A stretch of 64,000 bases of DNA from Tubiluchus corallicola (taxonomy: Eukaryota; Animalia; Priapulida). Positions 11,817-26,000 of this stretch are shown here, piece after piece (position 1 is the first letter of the stretch; every line of letters starts with the position of its first letter). The notes below the pieces were generated by a model. The model was not told the DNA's origin, did not search any database, and was given only the letters and a program-made list of their open reading frames with translations. Both the position numbers and the translations under genes were made by a program. The stretch covers positions 16,596 to 80,595 of the forward strand of contig JAQGDQ010000918.1 of assembly GCA_030141605.1 (NCBI GenBank). The letters are read 5' to 3'.

Positions 11817-12083
11817 TAGACGGTTTAGTCTAGCGGCAAAGCGTGCACTTTCCGTCTGGGAGGTCGTGAGTTCGAAACAGCTGCCTGGTAATACCAACGA
11901 CTTTAAAAACAGTACCTGTTGTTGCCCTGTCCGGGGATGGTTTTAGGGTAAAAGTGGGGTAATAATAGTGTCTGCTGTGTAATTGTAGAATTGTTATTAA
12001 CGGTTGGCTATAATAACTCTTTGAGCTTACGTTAATTGTTCATCGAAATGCCGACTTTAAACAAAGATTATTATTATTATTAT
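11817..12083 (+). mobile_element. tRNA-derived SINE
   Basis: A-box-like TAGTCTAGCGG and B-box GAGTTCGAAAC, central ATACCAACGACTTTAAAAACAGTAC (resembles the MetaSINE central domain from memory, unverified), (ATT)n tail. Related copy at 49330-49660 (-). Confidence 0.65.
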
Positions 12084-13599
12084 TACAATGAAATAATGAA
12101 AATATTTAAAGTCTCAATCGATTTCTGCATGTGAACCATCCTATGAGGTGAAAGGAAACAGTCTGCATACTGCAAGAAAATTCCTATTATTTGGACTTCA
12201 TAACATTCACACGGGAAACACAAGAAAGAAACAGGTTTCTGAAAATACTACAAAAGCACAGCAATTAGTACTAAACAGCAAACGTGGTCGTCTCTTTTCA
12301 TTTCTTCATTGTGTGGATTTTTTATTAAACTTTTCAAGACAATTTTCACAATTACAATAATATAAAAATTCACACTTGAACACACCGTAAGACATCTTAC
12401 CTATCTGAGTCTCAAAACTGATGCTTTTGGTAACTCTATACACACAAAAACAATTCGTGTTGCGATTGAGTTAGACTATGATCTGGATATAGACGTTATT
12501 TAATTAATAAATTGAGCGTAATTATTGCCCATAGTGTTGTTTCCGTTAATCCACGTTAGGGGGTATTGTTCTGTCCAAATTCACCATGACGCTGTCTATT
12601 TCTGAATATGAGAAAATGGAACTTTATTGCATAAGTATAAATCACTACTAAATCAACAAGTTTCCACGTCAGTTAAAAGGACAGCCTACGATTGTGATAG
12701 AGTAGAGACAATAAATATATTATTAGTCCCGAAGGTATCGTAAGTAGTCATAAAAGTTTGCCTTTCTTCTGTAATAGTATAATGGAGCCAATGCATAGTA
12801 ACGCTACTGTTTTCATGAATTATTGCCAACGGGTAACAAAGTGTATAGAAGACTGGAGATATAATAAGAGTTATTATCAGACGAGCCTATAATTATTAGT
12901 CTGCCAGGCATAAGTTGAAAAATGCCAAATTTTGTATAGCCATTTTTTCAGTTGCACAAATTTGGCGTTCTTCATCTTTAGAAATACAGCAGATAGAAGC
13001 CTCATGACTATCTAGATGCCTTATTGGAAACGTGTCATATGCAGTACTAACATGTAAATGAAAGTTGAGAGTTAAGACAATTCTCTCTGCGTAAATCTAC
13101 ACATTTGTATGTACATTGCTTAGCGTATCAACATTATATGTATTTATTATGTCTTTATGTCCTTCATATGTATGTTCAAATTTAAACCTAAATATCAATA
13201 GTTCTATCTTAGTACACTCACCATTCCTTTACTTACTTAAGCAACTTGGTTATGCTCCATATGTAAACGTTATGCTCCATTTATCACGCCTTATTCTGAA
13301 ATCTTCCTCAAGATAATTGCGCATATTACTAATAGCAACATTATTTACAGGGTGGTTGACTTTGTTAACTTTTAGTTTTTCGCCACCCTTTCACCAATCA
13401 CTTGAATATCATTAACTCAGATAATTTATTCATTTAATAATTTTGTCACTTTGTATCATATTATCGTTTTATGCTCTGATGCTCTGTGTTTTTCTTGTAA
13501 AAAATGTGATTAAAATAAAGATACTTGAAGAATAACAGACTAATAAGTAATTGGCCTACTATGAAAGAATCGGTCTTCATAAACGTGATGTTGGTTGTT

Positions 13600-14170
13600 A
13601 AGCCTATGGCAATACATAGAAATATATAGAAATTATAATAATGTTACCGCAAATACGTCAACGATATTAACACGCCCTTCATCAAAAATGAGCTTCCACT
13701 CCTCTTAGAGCCAACATTAAATCAAAGAACACACTATATTAAACAAATACGCACTAATAACAAACACGGCAACAATTCTATCATTAAACAAGGAGTTCAA
13801 CTCTGGAATACCCTGTCATCAAATTTAAAACAAATCAAGTCTTTCGACGAATTCAAATCAAAATTAAAAATACATACATCAAATCGTTTTGAAAACCCTA
13901 CATACGTAAACGATAACATATATTCATCCGCAAATTTTATTTACTCACATCCATTTTAAATTATATGTATATATAGTATATAGTCTATTATTATTTCCGT
14001 GTAACATTATAATGTATATTTTGTTTTAAATTTTTGGCACAGTAGTTTTTAGTTTGCACTGGACGCATTTGCCTTTAACAGTTGTGTGAATTTTATTCTT
14101 ATGCTGCGATGTTCTCTTATGCTTTTATAGTTATGAAAATCGATTTTTTATGGCAAATAAAGATTATATA
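13600..14170 (+). mobile_element. LINE (CR1/L2-group) 3'-end remnant
   Basis: Reads ...NNSIIKQGVQLWNTLSSNLKQIKSFRRFKSKLK, a typical RT-ORF C-terminal tail, followed by an AT-rich UTR ending in AATAAA and short repeats. Confidence 0.55.
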
Positions 14171-15034
14171 TGTATTATCTATATTATCTATATTATCTAT
14201 CTATCTATATATATATATATATATATATATGTAATGCCCTTTTCGCTCAGTCGTGAATAAATTAATTATCATTATCCCGATGTATTAAATCAACACAAAT
14301 TTAGCGGCGTGCATGTAATGTCTATACACGTAGAATATTCTCAAAATGCGTTAACTAAGTCACAACATTGCTGTTTGCCTCAGTTTATTCTTAATTATTG
14401 CGGCATAGGCAAAGATAAGTTACAATTGTAATGTTGAATAACATGCCTATAGTAGTCTATTGACCCTGCAGCTGCATGTGTAAAAATTTTATTGATTTAA
14501 ATAACTAAGGCAGTTGGATATGCAAATTAATAACTTGAGAAAGCTTTAACTCTTTTTAGCAATATGTACATATGGCGGAAAATATTAGCTACTAATTTTA
14601 TTAACACAACTTATACGCCGGCTTTGCTCAGTTTGCTGCAAGAAGCTTTAAGTCAAAGGGGTTCGTGTCTTAGCAGCCATTTCGAGTCTTAAGATAACAC
14701 TATTAATGGAGGATCATATTGGCTATTGCTACGAATTTCGATACAATTTTTTTTACTCTACAGTTGCGTTCTTAACAGTATAAAGTATTACGCTACAGTA
14801 AAAAGCTTTGTTTTTTTATTACCATGAATGAAATAATTAATAAGTCTAATAATCTAATTTAATTCTATTCCCAGTTTATTTTTTCTCCATTTCTTCTTTT
14901 ACAAATTAACTATTCGAGTTTCTATTTAATAGAACAATAAATAATACTTTATTTCACACTTTTTTTTACAATAAAGCGTATAATAACTACTTCTTCGTTA
15001 TGTATTAATTCCACCAAATTTTTACGACTAGCTC

Positions 15035-15106
15035 GCTCGATGGCGCCACAGCGTATGTTTTATGATTAACCTTGTGACGTCAGTGCTGGCGTTACGGCCA
15101 TTTTTT
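15035..15106 (+). promoter_or_regulatory. Putative OTUD5 core/proximal promoter (CRE and YY1-like sites)
   Basis: Local CpG-rich patch 110-180 nt upstream of the ATG: perfect CRE TGACGTCA at 15075-15082, CGGCCATTTT (YY1-like) at about 15095-15104, GATGGCGCC at about 15039. Confidence 0.45.
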
Positions 15107-15216
15107 GAGGAATTTTAACATAAATTTAAAAATTGGACTTTAAAAGCTATTTTTATGCGTTTTCGTTGTTTTCGCTAAACAACTCTGTGAGTGCGTGTGA
15201 TAGAAGAACTTAGGAA

Positions 15217-15663
15217 ATGACTATCTTACCTAAGAAAAAGTCATCAAAAGACAAGAATGACGTCGAAACAGGGAGTGACCATAACAGTAAGTCCAGCTTG
15301 GGACACACTGTTCATGCTCACACGTCACATTCCCGAGTAGGTCGAGCTAGAAATTCGCCACCCAGGTGGCCTTCTCACGGATACAGGGAAGAGAAACGAA
15401 CACAACATGATCCAGGGCCAAGTTATGAGACGGTTGATGCTCCGTCATGCCAAAAGAGACGCCATCGCACGTCTCCGCACCATCATGTTAGGAAGCAGCG
15501 TTCTTCGGCTGCAGTGACTGTGCCATACGAACAAACGTTAGACACCTTTGACTTTGTTGAACAAAACGAGGAACTTCAAAGAGACAGTGACATAGATGTT
15601 TCTGGTTATAACAGCGGTGATGAATACGTGCCTCCACCTATAAATGCCGAAGAAGAGGAGGAG
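15217..15663 (+). CDS. OTUD5: OTUD5 exon 1
   Basis: ATG at 15217 to ...NAEEEEE|GTGATG, phase 0. Confidence 0.9.
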
Positions 15664-18600
15664 GTGATGTTTAATTTTGGTAAATTGTGTGTTTGCAAGC
15701 CTAAACCATCCACAAGTTGGTCAAATGTCATTTTTTGGTTTTTATAAAAACAAACGATAAATATATTGGTCTGTCCTGGCATCAAATTATCAAGAAGATT
15801 TTTAAAACAGCAAAAACCTAATTTTTTAACCCCGTACGCACTTCTCTGGCAAAAAACTAACCAAAACTTCAATTGTATCAAACTTGCATTTGTAAAAGTT
15901 GGCAATTAACTTTTTCTAGCTATTCACATATCTTGGATCTCCATTTCATGTTGATCATTTTGATACCAAGTTCATTGCTCTACATTATTTCTGAGCTGAG
16001 ATAATCCACGTTGAAATTGAGGTGCAAGCTGCACACAGAAAAACATAATCTTGAGAAAATTGCTGTTAAAGTCAGCCATTGTTTTTTTTCTCGCGTTTCT
16101 ATAAAACACTTAGCAACTGCACAAATGTTGGTTGCTACAGACTTTGCAAGAACACATTGAAGTTATGTTTAAATCCAGTAGATGGCTCTTCCTGATGAAG
16201 GTCTGGGCTTGGCAACAGAAAAAATCCGAAATGAAATGACAGCTTCCAGGAGCTGCTATCGGAGTTTGAAAATAGGAGTTTTTTACAATTGAAGTACTAG
16301 TTTCTAGGCAGAAAAGTGGGTAAGGGTTATAAAATTAAATTTTAGTATTTTCGAACAGTTTTTTGATAATTTGATGCCTGAATATAAAAGTCCAATATAT
16401 TTAGTGTTGGTTTTTATGAAATATGATAAATTGACATTTGACCAAATTTTTTGTGCATTCTACTGTGAAGCATCATAACATGGTTTTAACTACACCGACT
16501 TGTGGACGGTTTTGGTTTGCAAACACACAAATGCTACAGTTCAAAATAAAGGGAAAGGGACACTGATAACATTTCTTGTCCAGGCGCTATTACAGGGAGT
16601 GGAGACACTCTGTCTACACCTCATATGCAAATTACAGAACCGTGAATATTTTCTGTTTGACGGCACTCCCTGTTGCCTATAACAGAGTTGTGTTCCAATA
16701 GTTAACTTACCCAGTTTTAATTTTATATTTTTTTGACGCTACATTTCTTACTTCTTATCAGAATTATATACCTGTATAAGGTGTTCCAAAATTAAAATCC
16801 ATTAACTGCCAGAGTTGCAAAGTTCTGTGCAAGTGATGGTGTTCTACCAGTCTAAATTTAGTTCTGAGTGTGTGATGGTATTCTACAGTCTAAGTAAGTT
16901 CTGTGCATGTGATGGTGTTCCACAGTCTAAATAAGTTCTGTTCATGTGATGGTGTTCTACAGTCTAAATAAGTTCTGTGCGTGTGATGGTATTCTACAGT
17001 CTAAATAAGCTCTGTGGGTGTGATTATATTCTACAGTCTAAATAAATTCTGTGCGTGTGATGGTATTCTACAGTCTAAATAAATTCTGTGCGTGTGATGG
17101 TATTCTACAGTCTAAATAAATTTTGTGCGTGTGAAGGTGTTCTAGAGTCTAAATAAGTTCTGTGCGTGTGATGGTATTCTACAGTCTAAATAAGTTCTGT
17201 GCGTGTGATGGTATTCTACAGTCTAAATAAGTTCTGTGCATGTGATGGTGTTCTAGAGTCTAAATAAGTTCTGTGCGTGTGATGGTATTCTACAGTCTAA
17301 ATAAGTTCTGTGCGTGGGATGGTATTCTACAGTCTAAATAAGTTCTGTGCATGTGATGGTGTTCCACAGTCTAAATAAGTTCTGTGCGTGTGATGGTATT
17401 CTACAGTCTAAATAAATTTTGTGCGTGTGATGGTGTTCTAGAGTCTAAATAAGTTCTGTGCGTGTGATGGTGTTCTAGAATCTAAATAAGTTCTGTGCGT
17501 GTGATGGTGTTTCACTGTCTAAATTAGTTCTGTGCGCGTGATGGTGTTCTAGAGTCTAAATAAGTTCTGTGCGTGTGATGGTATTCTACAGTCTAAATAA
17601 GTTCTGTGCGTGTGATGGTGTTCTAGAATCTAAATAAGTTCTGTGCATGTGATCGTTGTGGTGAGTTCGTTAAGAAAGATTTTCCATTATCGTGTTGATT
17701 TTTTCTCTTGCAGCAAGAAAAGAGGTTTGAAATGGACCTCAAGAATAAGAAGGGATTAATAATCAAAAGAATGGAGGAGGATGGAGCGTGTCTATTCAGA
17801 GCCGTTGGTAAGAGCTTGCCGTCTTTCAACTCTTTTGACGGAATGCACGCTTTTTCACAGTTTCCTCCTTTTTGTTATCAACCTGCATACTGTAAGACAT
17901 TTAGTAGACATTTGCCGTTATTGCTCTTGCAGTGTTACTAAGATTATTTCTTAGTTTTAGTTTTTGTAAGTTCACTTGTTTATGCAATTATCAGAACATA
18001 CATTCATGCCATACAAAAGACAGACTATACTATAAGCTATAATTATACAATAATTTAGTAAAGCGGAACAAAAAACTAAAAAAGAAAGCGTGAAAAAATG
18101 TACATTGAAAAAATTTAAAACATTACTGCTAACCAGTGCAAAATAAACAAACTTTGATTTCAAGTCATTTTAAATAATCCACGTTTCAGCTTTAAGCGCT
18201 CACAAAGCCTTAAATTTTTTTTTAAAAACAAAATTTCCACTCTCTCTCTACTGGCATGTTTTAAACTCATGAGGTAAGGCAGAAGCAAATTTTTTTTGTG
18301 GTCTGCCCTTCATTCAAAATATAATTTATAAAATAGCACTTATTGTCTTATTAGCTTATTAGTGGTTTAAACTAAAACCGGATCCAATCTTAGACTGGAC
18401 GCAAAACAATCTATTCTATAAAATATTGAAAAGAAACACACTATTTTTTCAAAAACGACTTACTTGAAATAATTATTACGGCACAAACACAATTTTGCGT
18501 TCTTAGAGAGCCGCTAGCGCTTGCATTTTGGAAATGTGTTGCACAAAAACAGATGCTGTACCTCTCAGTTCAGACGTGTTAGTTTTTTACGAACCATACA

Positions 18601-21600
18601 CATTTGATAGCTCATGCGCAAACACAGCAGTAAATTTGAAATTTGAATTTTATCTTAAAATTTGCCTGGTTTTAGTAAAACACATTGAATATCTTACAGT
18701 AGCACTGTACTTCAGTCTGTGCTTTCACAAACACATGCAACACGCTCATGGAATATTTTTGCTGTTGGAAATTATGTTAGTTTGTGATGTCTATTATTAG
18801 TCTTTTTTAATCTATTATTAATCTATTACTAAGTTTTTAATCTATTATTTAATCATCAGAACTGCTTTTGTAGTATTAATTGTGTTAAATTGTATATTTT
18901 TATCGGGCTTGAAAATGAGGTTGAAAAATCATCCTGTCTTCCTTTAACTTTTTCAGCTGATCAAGTTTATGGGGATCAGGAAATGCACAACATCACTAGG
19001 AAACATTGTATGGATTACATGTTAAAAAATCAAGATTTCTTCTCTCAGTATGTGACGGAGGAATTCGAGTCGTACGTGGAGCGGAAGCGACTAGACCACG
19101 TGCACGGAAATCACATTGAAATGCAGGCGCTTTCGGAGATGTATAATCGCACCCTGGAGGTTTACCAGTGTCGGAACGGTATAGGTGAGAACATTGGGTA
19201 CAGTAAATTGTACATTCGCGTTATGTTACAAAACGACACGCACACAATATGAGATAAGGGTGCGCGACTCGCAAGATCAGAATTTTCCGGAAGATGATCT
19301 TGTTTTTGAGTTGTATGAAACTTTTTATTTTTCTAGAGTATAAATTGCATTTTTGAGTTAGGCGAAGTAAACTACGTGTATTTTGATTAAATGGAACATA
19401 ATTTTTTATGTGAGTTAGGCAAAGTAAACTACACGTGCTTTGATTAAATGGACCATAATTTTTTATTTGAGTTAGGCGAAGTAAACTACACGTACTTTGA
19501 TTAAATGGACCATAATTTTTTATTTGAGTTAGGCGAAGTAAACTACACGTACTTTGATTAAATGGACCATAATTTTTTATGCGAGTTAGGCGAAGTAAAC
19601 TACACGTGCTTTGATTAAATGGACCATAATTTTTTATTTGAGTTAGGCGAAGTAAACTACACGTACTTTGATTAAATGGACCATAATTTTTTATTTGAGT
19701 TAGGCGAAGTAAACTACACGTACTTTGATTAAATGGACCATAATTTTTTATTTGAGTTAGGCGAAGTAAACTACACGTAGTTTGATTAAATGGACCATAA
19801 TTTTTTATGTGAGTTAGGCGAAGTAAACTACACGTAGTTTGATTAAATGGACCATAATTTTTTATTTGAGTTAGGCGAAGTAAACTACACGTAGTTTGAT
19901 TAAATGGACCATAATTTTTTATGTGAGTTAGGCGAAGTAAACTACACGTAGTTTGATTAAATGGACCATAATTTTTTATTTGAGTTAGGCGAAGTAAACT
20001 ACACGTAGTTTGATTAAATGGACCATAATTTTTTATGTGAGTTAGGCGAAGTAAACTACACGTAGTTTGATTAAATGGACCATAATTTTTTATTTGAGTT
20101 AGGCGAAGTAAACTACACGTAGTTTGATTAAATGGACCATAATTTTTTATGTGAGTTAGGCGAAGTAAACTACACGTAGTTTGATTAAATGGACCATAAT
20201 TTTTTATTTGAGTTAGGCGAAGTAAACTACACGTGCTTTGATTAAATGGACCATAATTTTTTATGTGAGTTGGGCGAAGTAAACTACACGTGCTTTGATT
20301 AAATGGACCATAATTTTTTATGTGAGTTAGGCGAAGTAAACTACACGTGCTTTGATTAAATGGACCATAATTTTTTATTTGAGTTACGCGAAGTAAACTA
20401 CACATATTTCGATTAAATGTACCATAGAGTGCTCCGTCGCTAATTTATTTACCAGTAATATATAAATTTTAACTTAATTTCACGTACATTAAAATAAATT
20501 GCACTAATAATGTTAATTTTGCGAAGTAAAGTCAAGATGTGAACATTCTCTGATGTGAAGTATCACAGTATGAGTGTTCATTCAGTCCAGCGTATAATGA
20601 AGGATTATTTCTTTACATATTCGTATTGTAGACGACTCTTTAGCGACATCTCCCAAAAACATATAGTAAGTTTAAGTCGACCCCAAAAGTTTCACCTTAA
20701 AATCGCCTCCGAAAGTCAACTTGTACATAAGTATATGCGGTATGCGATTTTGAATAACGCGAAGTTTACTGTACTTGTCTCATAATGTTATTTCATTTAT
20801 CACTGATGTCACTCAAATGAACAACTTGCCTTTTGCAGCAATTATTAGGCCATACACATTTAATGATTGTTAGACCATTCCGTTTCTGTTTTGTTTGTAC
20901 CCATAAGAAGAGGTACCATATTAAAAGAGCTACCATTTAATGGTAACTAGTGGTGAGTGGTGAATTTGAACCTAATCCAATTTTTGACTTTCGAATTCAA
21001 ATGAAACCGAATTTCAAAGTTTCAAATCCGAATCGAATTCGAACTTAGTTTTAAAGATTTTCAAATGAATTTTCGAATCGCAAAGAAAATCAGACTCACA
21101 AAGATCTTGCATATTGCTTGATTTTATTCTACTGTAATAACACTGACTGTTTGAAAATTGTGCGCGGAAATCTCAGCTAAATTGCGCTGAATCCTTGCTG
21201 TTTAAAATTTTTTAATCATAAAGAACGTATGTGGTTGAAATGCTGAATCATTCGAATTTACAATTTTAGGTTCGAGCCGAATTTGAATTTAAAAGACTTG
21301 TTCGAATTGAACTCGACATTCAATGCACAGCTTTAGTTGTAAGAGTTACAATGTTGCACCATTAGGCTCACTATTCCATTAACAGTCATTTGGTACATAA
21401 TCGTACTAAAGCTGTTTTTTTATACATTTTTAGAACCTATCAAGCTCTTTCAAACTTCTCAGAAGACGGAAAATGAACCAATCAGGTTGAGTTACCACAA
21501 GAACGTTCACTACAACTCCGTGGTCGATCCGTACCGTGCGACGATAGGCGTCGGTCTGGGTCTGCCGCAGTTCAAACCGGGGGTAAGTTGATGACTAATT

Positions 21601-23020
21601 CATCTCACGTTGTTTTGGATATAAGCACGTGGTGCCTCCTTGTGTTTGTTTTTTGCAAATTTAGGCTGTTGAGAGACAGGTGAGCTAGGACGGGAAATAG
21701 GCCATTAGCCTCATTTTACAGACAGGATAGGAAAGAAGTCATTCTTGTTCATACGTCGTGTCGTTTTATAACAAAATTTTGTCAGTCGAGTTCTCTTTAG
21801 CAAGTTAGTCAGATGCGGCAAAGATGTAAGTTTGATTTCTTCATATTTCATAATATTATTATACATTTTCATTATAGCAGTTAATTATCCTTTTGACATT
21901 TGTTTAGCAGAAAATGTTTTTATTTGCTTCAGATAAAACGAAGTCGAGGCACACATAATATGTTAGTCAATCAGTCAGTTAAATATGTCGTGATGTGATA
22001 GTGATTTTGGGATAAGACGATGATTACCCATTTTGGGCAATAAAAAATCATAAATGACATCTAAAAGACTGTTGGACTTGTATTTAGTTTCTGTGTAGTT
22101 TGCTATTTAATTTAAATTGTACAATCGTGTTTGATGTACGTAGGTGGCATGGTTCATGTGTTAAGAATAGTGTTGGTCAGTCAGGGATGTTACCACAACT
22201 AAGATTTCGTTTCGATTTGCCGATTATTTACATTTTCGGCTGACTGTCTTTTTCGTCGAAAATTATTAAATTTTGTTCCGTAATTTTCAATAGCGTTTTT
22301 CAAAGTCTTTTAGTATTTTTCCGGCTTACCGTTTTTTCTGAGACGTAAAAAATTTCCTATTTTTTTTGCTAAAATAGTTCAAATAAAGCGTGCAATGGTA
22401 AATTTAACTTTTTGCCTACGCTTTTACGGCAATGCGGCACATCTTCGGTGCTGTCGACTGTGAGGCTTTAAGGTGTCCATCTCCAGGCAAAACCAACTGT
22501 AATATGGAAGCGTAATTTGAATATAGTCAAGTTTAATTTATATTATATATAATATGAACATGAGTAATATAATATAATATAATGTGAGGTAATATAATTT
22601 ATATAATAAATATAATAGAATGTAATGTAATGTAACATAATGTAATATAATATAATATAGGCAGCAAATTTGTCAATTTTTTTGAAGCTTCGCGATCTTA
22701 ACTGTGAACATCGTTCTACTTTTTTGGTTCTACTTTCACATCTGCCAATATAACAAAGTTTTGGGGCCTAAAAATCTGGAGCCCCTCAAAATTGGCTACA
22801 CTCTCAACTGCTCGTAGGAGCAGTACACTCTGAATTCGTGTAGCAGTTGCATTGTCTCTTTAGAGTACAGTGGTTTTTTTCTAGGATTGTTAATCATTAT
22901 TTTTTTTGTTATTTAAATTAATTTTTCTGTTTCAGCTTGCCGATAGAAATCTTATGAATGACGCCATCAAACGGTCCGAAGAATTTGAGATTGAACAGGT
23001 AAATTATTATTTTTATTATT

Positions 23021-23056
<36 letters not shown>

Positions 23057-26000
23057 GATGATGATGATGTTGATGATCATCATCTTCATCATCATCATCA
23101 ACATCATACTCTCATCATCATCATCATCATTATTGTCATCATGTATAAACTATTTATTTTAAGTGGATTCAATTACAGTAATATTACTAATCGGAGTTTT
23201 TTGGAAACGTATGAGCGTAAATTTATTAGCGGACATTTTTGCAGCAATAGCGCTATCTTGACTCGCTAGTTATTGCAAGGAACTACAGCATGAAGATTAC
23301 CGGTATTGCTTGCACTACAGGCATGGCGGCATAAACAACTGAGTGACCCTTTGATAAATTTAGACTATTCAGGTGTAAATTCTTTCTTACCTGCTCTATT
23401 TTTTTCATAGGTATTGTCATCAGATCATTATCATCAGCATCATCGTCTTCATCTTCATTTTAGTGTTTCTTGGTCGAAGTGCCTTTCGTGTGCTTATAAT
23501 CTTTATCCCATTCAGTTCTTTCATAGTGACATATCATAGTATGTATTTGTCGGTGATGCGAATGTAACAAAAAGGCGCCGTTGCCAATCTTAGTAGATTC
23601 ACCGAGCCGCGCGTAACTTTGAAAGTTTAACAAAATTTGAGTATCGGATGTAATTATTATTTAATCTAAGCTTTGATTTATAGGTTTTACATGTCAAATG
23701 TAGACCTGCGTTTACTCAAATGTAGATTTAGGTAATTCATATATGTCTTGGTAGCTCAAATGTAGACTTAGGTAGTTCAAATGTGTTAACAATGATTTTC
23801 AAGAAATCTTAAGTGTTTTTGGTAAGTCAAATGTAGACACATGTCAAGTCAATTGTGACACTGGTATCTGAAATGTGGATAGGTGGTAAAGTTTAAGGAT
23901 GTTAAATTTAATCTTGTTTAATTTCAATTTAATAATTGCTCCTAAGTTAAAATAACAACGTTATAGGCCTACTAATAGATGCACTATCTTTGGTTTATCT
24001 TTTTCTAATTTGCACTTAAATAACTTAATTACCGATTTATTCAAAGTAATGCATCTACATTTGACTTACCTAAGTCACGTTTGAGTTACCAAAACACATT
24101 CGAAATTCCTATTTCTGCATTTGACTTACCTAAGTCACATTTGAACTTGCCTGTGTCTACATTTGACTTGTAAAACCTATAAAATAAGGTATCGTAGTTT
24201 TCATATTTTACAGCATTCTTTATTCTGAAATAATGTTTACACAATCGTCCGGTTTTGCTTTTAAACGACTGTGGTAAGCATTATAAATGTGTATTTTAGA
24301 CCATGTTGGAGGACAAAGTGCGGGCGACTGATTGGGAGGCGACGAACGAGGCCATTGAAGAGCAGGTGGCACGCGAGTCGTACCTCCAGTGGCTGCGGGA
24401 GAACGAGAAGCGCGGCAGTTGTGATTCGTCCGTCAGCGTAAGATGCTTTTTTGTTTTCGTATTGATGTTAATTCATTTGTTGTTTTTTACCGAATCTTTC
24501 GTTTTGTTTAGAAATTGACTTCTGGCATGTTGGGTTTGTTAGTGTTACTCAGTGATGAGTCATTTTGAAATTTTCTAATTCCATTGAAATCTTGCTCTTG
24601 TAATTCGACACCACGATTAATCTTTTGTGACGATTTTTAGTGTTTTAGCCCCGTTTTTCAATGATTGCAATGAAATATGGCGTATAATGTTGTTTTGGAT
24701 ATAAGTTCGTCTCATAATTACTTTGCATTTGATTAACTTGACTTGTGAATATTACATCGTTTGTTTTCTTGCTCATCTCTCTTTCATAATTTTTTCATCT
24801 CATTCCCTCCCTTTTTAGGCTTGTTATAACATTGAAATGGCTTAAATTTCCCTCTAATCTTACTGTACGTATTTGCTTCTGAATGACCTTTTACATTAAT
24901 AGTGTTCTTGTTTTCTGTATTTAAGCTGTGTAAGACAGGTCTACCTTGAACATTGAGACCTGCGGGCTAGCCAGGCTAATTGTTCGGCTGTGTTTTAGTA
25001 TAGTGGTATTTTAGTATTGATAATAATTATGTTATTTGATTCTGTGACTGTACCTGCTAGTATAGTTATTATAATATGATGCCTCGTGATTTGTTAAAGA
25101 TTGTGTTGTTTGATTCTTTGATTGTAAAAGCTTACAGGCTTAATAATTGTGGGCAAGCTTTAATTCGGTTCTTGCTCTCCCCCTATTTCCTTGCCCACAA
25201 GCATATACTTTGTTTTGGATATAAGCACGTGGTGCCTCCTTGTGTTTGTTTTTTGCAAATTTAGGCTGTTGATAGACAGGTGAGCTAGGACAGGAAATTG
25301 GCCTGATTTTGCAAACAGGTTAGGAAAGAAGTCATTCTTGTTCAGTACGTCGTGTCGTTTTATAACAAAATTTTGTCAGTCAGTCAGTCAAATATGTCAT
25401 GATGTGATAGTGATTTTGGGATGAGACGATGATTGCCCATTTTGGACAATAAAAAAACAATATATTACATCTAAAAGACTGTTGGACTTGTATTTAGCGC
25501 ATGTCTCGCACACAATGGTTTCACAATTTACATCACTGTCTGCTGTTTTCGTAAATGTTTTTACAGACACCACTTTGTCGTTAACTATTCTATGACTACA
25601 TCACTACATGCGCCACCTATCAACAAATTTGGAGCCCAGAGTTTGTGTGCATGGTGGAAGATGAGAAAAATGAAGAAAAAATGCAAAGATTGCGTTTATT
25701 TGTGCTAAGATACTGCCTTTGCTCTCAATTGATTGAAGTACATAAGTCACCCATCCAGATTGGAGGAGAACCGTCTCCCTGCAAAAGAACATTTTTTAGC
25801 TCTTTGACGGGAGAACGCATCACTGAAGCAGAATACGAAATGGCTTGCACCGCTTGGCGCGAGTTTGAATGTCGTAATCTGCTTTAGTACTACCTCCGCG
25901 ATACGTGGAGTTGGATTGCAGACTTTTGGCGGACGTGTTTTCGGACTACCGCAAGATGTGCTCTCAACATTTTGCTCTAGATCCAGTCCATTACGTCACC

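Noticed and set aside
11817-11895. tRNA gene
   Set aside because: A and B boxes are present but there is no complete cloverleaf or acceptor stem; it continues into a SINE body and (ATT)n tail.
19221-20405. 394-aa minus-strand ORF of 19-aa repeats ([19 protein letters not shown])
   Set aside because: Arises from a 57-bp (multiple of 3) minisatellite inside a transposon in an OTUD5 intron; no unique domain or splice context.
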